DNA of 64,000 nucleotides from Camelus ferus (lineage: Eukaryota). Shown in pieces: positions 63,326-64,000 of the stretch. Position numbers and translations under genes: made by a program. The DNA is taken from contig NC_045697.1 of NCBI RefSeq assembly GCF_009834535.1, positions 1,118,001 to 1,182,000 on the forward strand, given 5' to 3'. Positions within the stretch are counted from its first letter, which is position 1. Each line of letters begins with the position of its first letter. The notes under the pieces are model-generated. The model made no database searches. It was not told the origin of the DNA and saw only the letters and a list, made by a program, of their open reading frames with translations.

Positions 63326-64000
63326 AAATACAACATATCAAAATTTGTGGAAAACAGCTAAAACGGTGCTGAGAGGGAAATTTTACAGCACTAAAAATGC
63401 ATAATGAGAAAAAAGGAAAGGCCTAAAAGCAATGATCTAAGAGCCCACCTGAGAACCTAGAAAAAGAAAAGCAAAATAAACCCAAAGCAAACAGAAAGGA
63501 AATAATAAAAACAAAAAAGAATAAAACTGAAAACAGAGAAAAACCAATGAAACAAACATCTAGTTCACTGAAATAGCCGATAATATTGACAAAACTCTAG
63601 CTAGAAAAAAGGGGACAAGTTCCCAGTGTTGGAACGCAACAGGGAAGGTCACTCCAGACCCTGTGGACATCAGGGGCACGGGAACGCTGGTGAACAACTG
63701 CATGTATGTCAACCTCTCAACTCAGACGAAGTGGACCAAGTCCTCAAAAAGTACAATCAGAATCGCCCAGTATGAAACACACAGTAAGAACAAGCCTATA
63801 AAATGTTAAGAAAATTGAACTCATGATTTTAGAAGTCTCCAAAAAGAAATCATCACATCCAGATGACTTTATTAACAAATTCTGCCAAATAGTTAAAGAA
63901 GAATTAATAACAATTCCACACAGCATCTTCCAGAAAATGCATGAGGAAGGATCACTTCCCATGAGACTAGTATTATCCAGATACCAAACCAGATGAAAAC
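63326..64000 (+). mobile_element. Old L1 ORF2 remnant (post-endonuclease region), runs off the window
   Basis: 'caacatatcaaaatttgtggaaaacagctaaaacggtgctgagagggaaattt...' (YQNLWxxAKxVLRGKF) through 'ccagataccaaaaccagatg'. Confidence 0.85.

Noticed and set aside
49320..64000. Next upstream POLN exon (TGRLS motif) or the nested HAUS3 gene
   Set aside because: No matching coding sequence seen; the region is mostly L1/LTR, so these probably lie beyond the right edge.
1..64000. CRISPR arrays, operons or other prokaryotic systems
   Set aside because: The sequence is mammalian (spliceosomal introns, L1/SINE/MaLR repeats); no repeat-spacer arrays were seen.

Overview
Mammalian genomic DNA, very probably camelid (four Vic-1-like tRNA-derived SINEs). 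The whole window lies inside POLN (A-family DNA polymerase nu) on the minus strand. Seven coding exons of 58, 78, 115, 83, 132, 111 and 79 nt have GT-AG ends and compatible phases. They splice into one open 656-nt frame covering polymerase motifs A and B; the gene's 5' part and its motif-C/terminal exons were not found and presumably lie outside the window. Bases 1-19,000 are GC-rich and produce many spurious ORFs. The 29.3-kb intron (17907-47193) and the region beyond 49.7 kb are packed with transposon fossils: nested L1s, a near full-length Tigger2-type DNA transposon with TA TSD, MaLR LTRs, L2/MIR and SINEs. The most unusual item is a ~2.67-kb TSD-flanked, polyadenylated element at 33445-36111 made of L1 5'UTR+ORF1, antisense ORF2 scraps and its own AATAAA/poly(A). 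It looks like a half-L1 (HAL1-like) non-autonomous retroposon and abuts a TSD-flanked solo poly(A) insertion. Repeat family names come from recalled consensus features, not from a database search.
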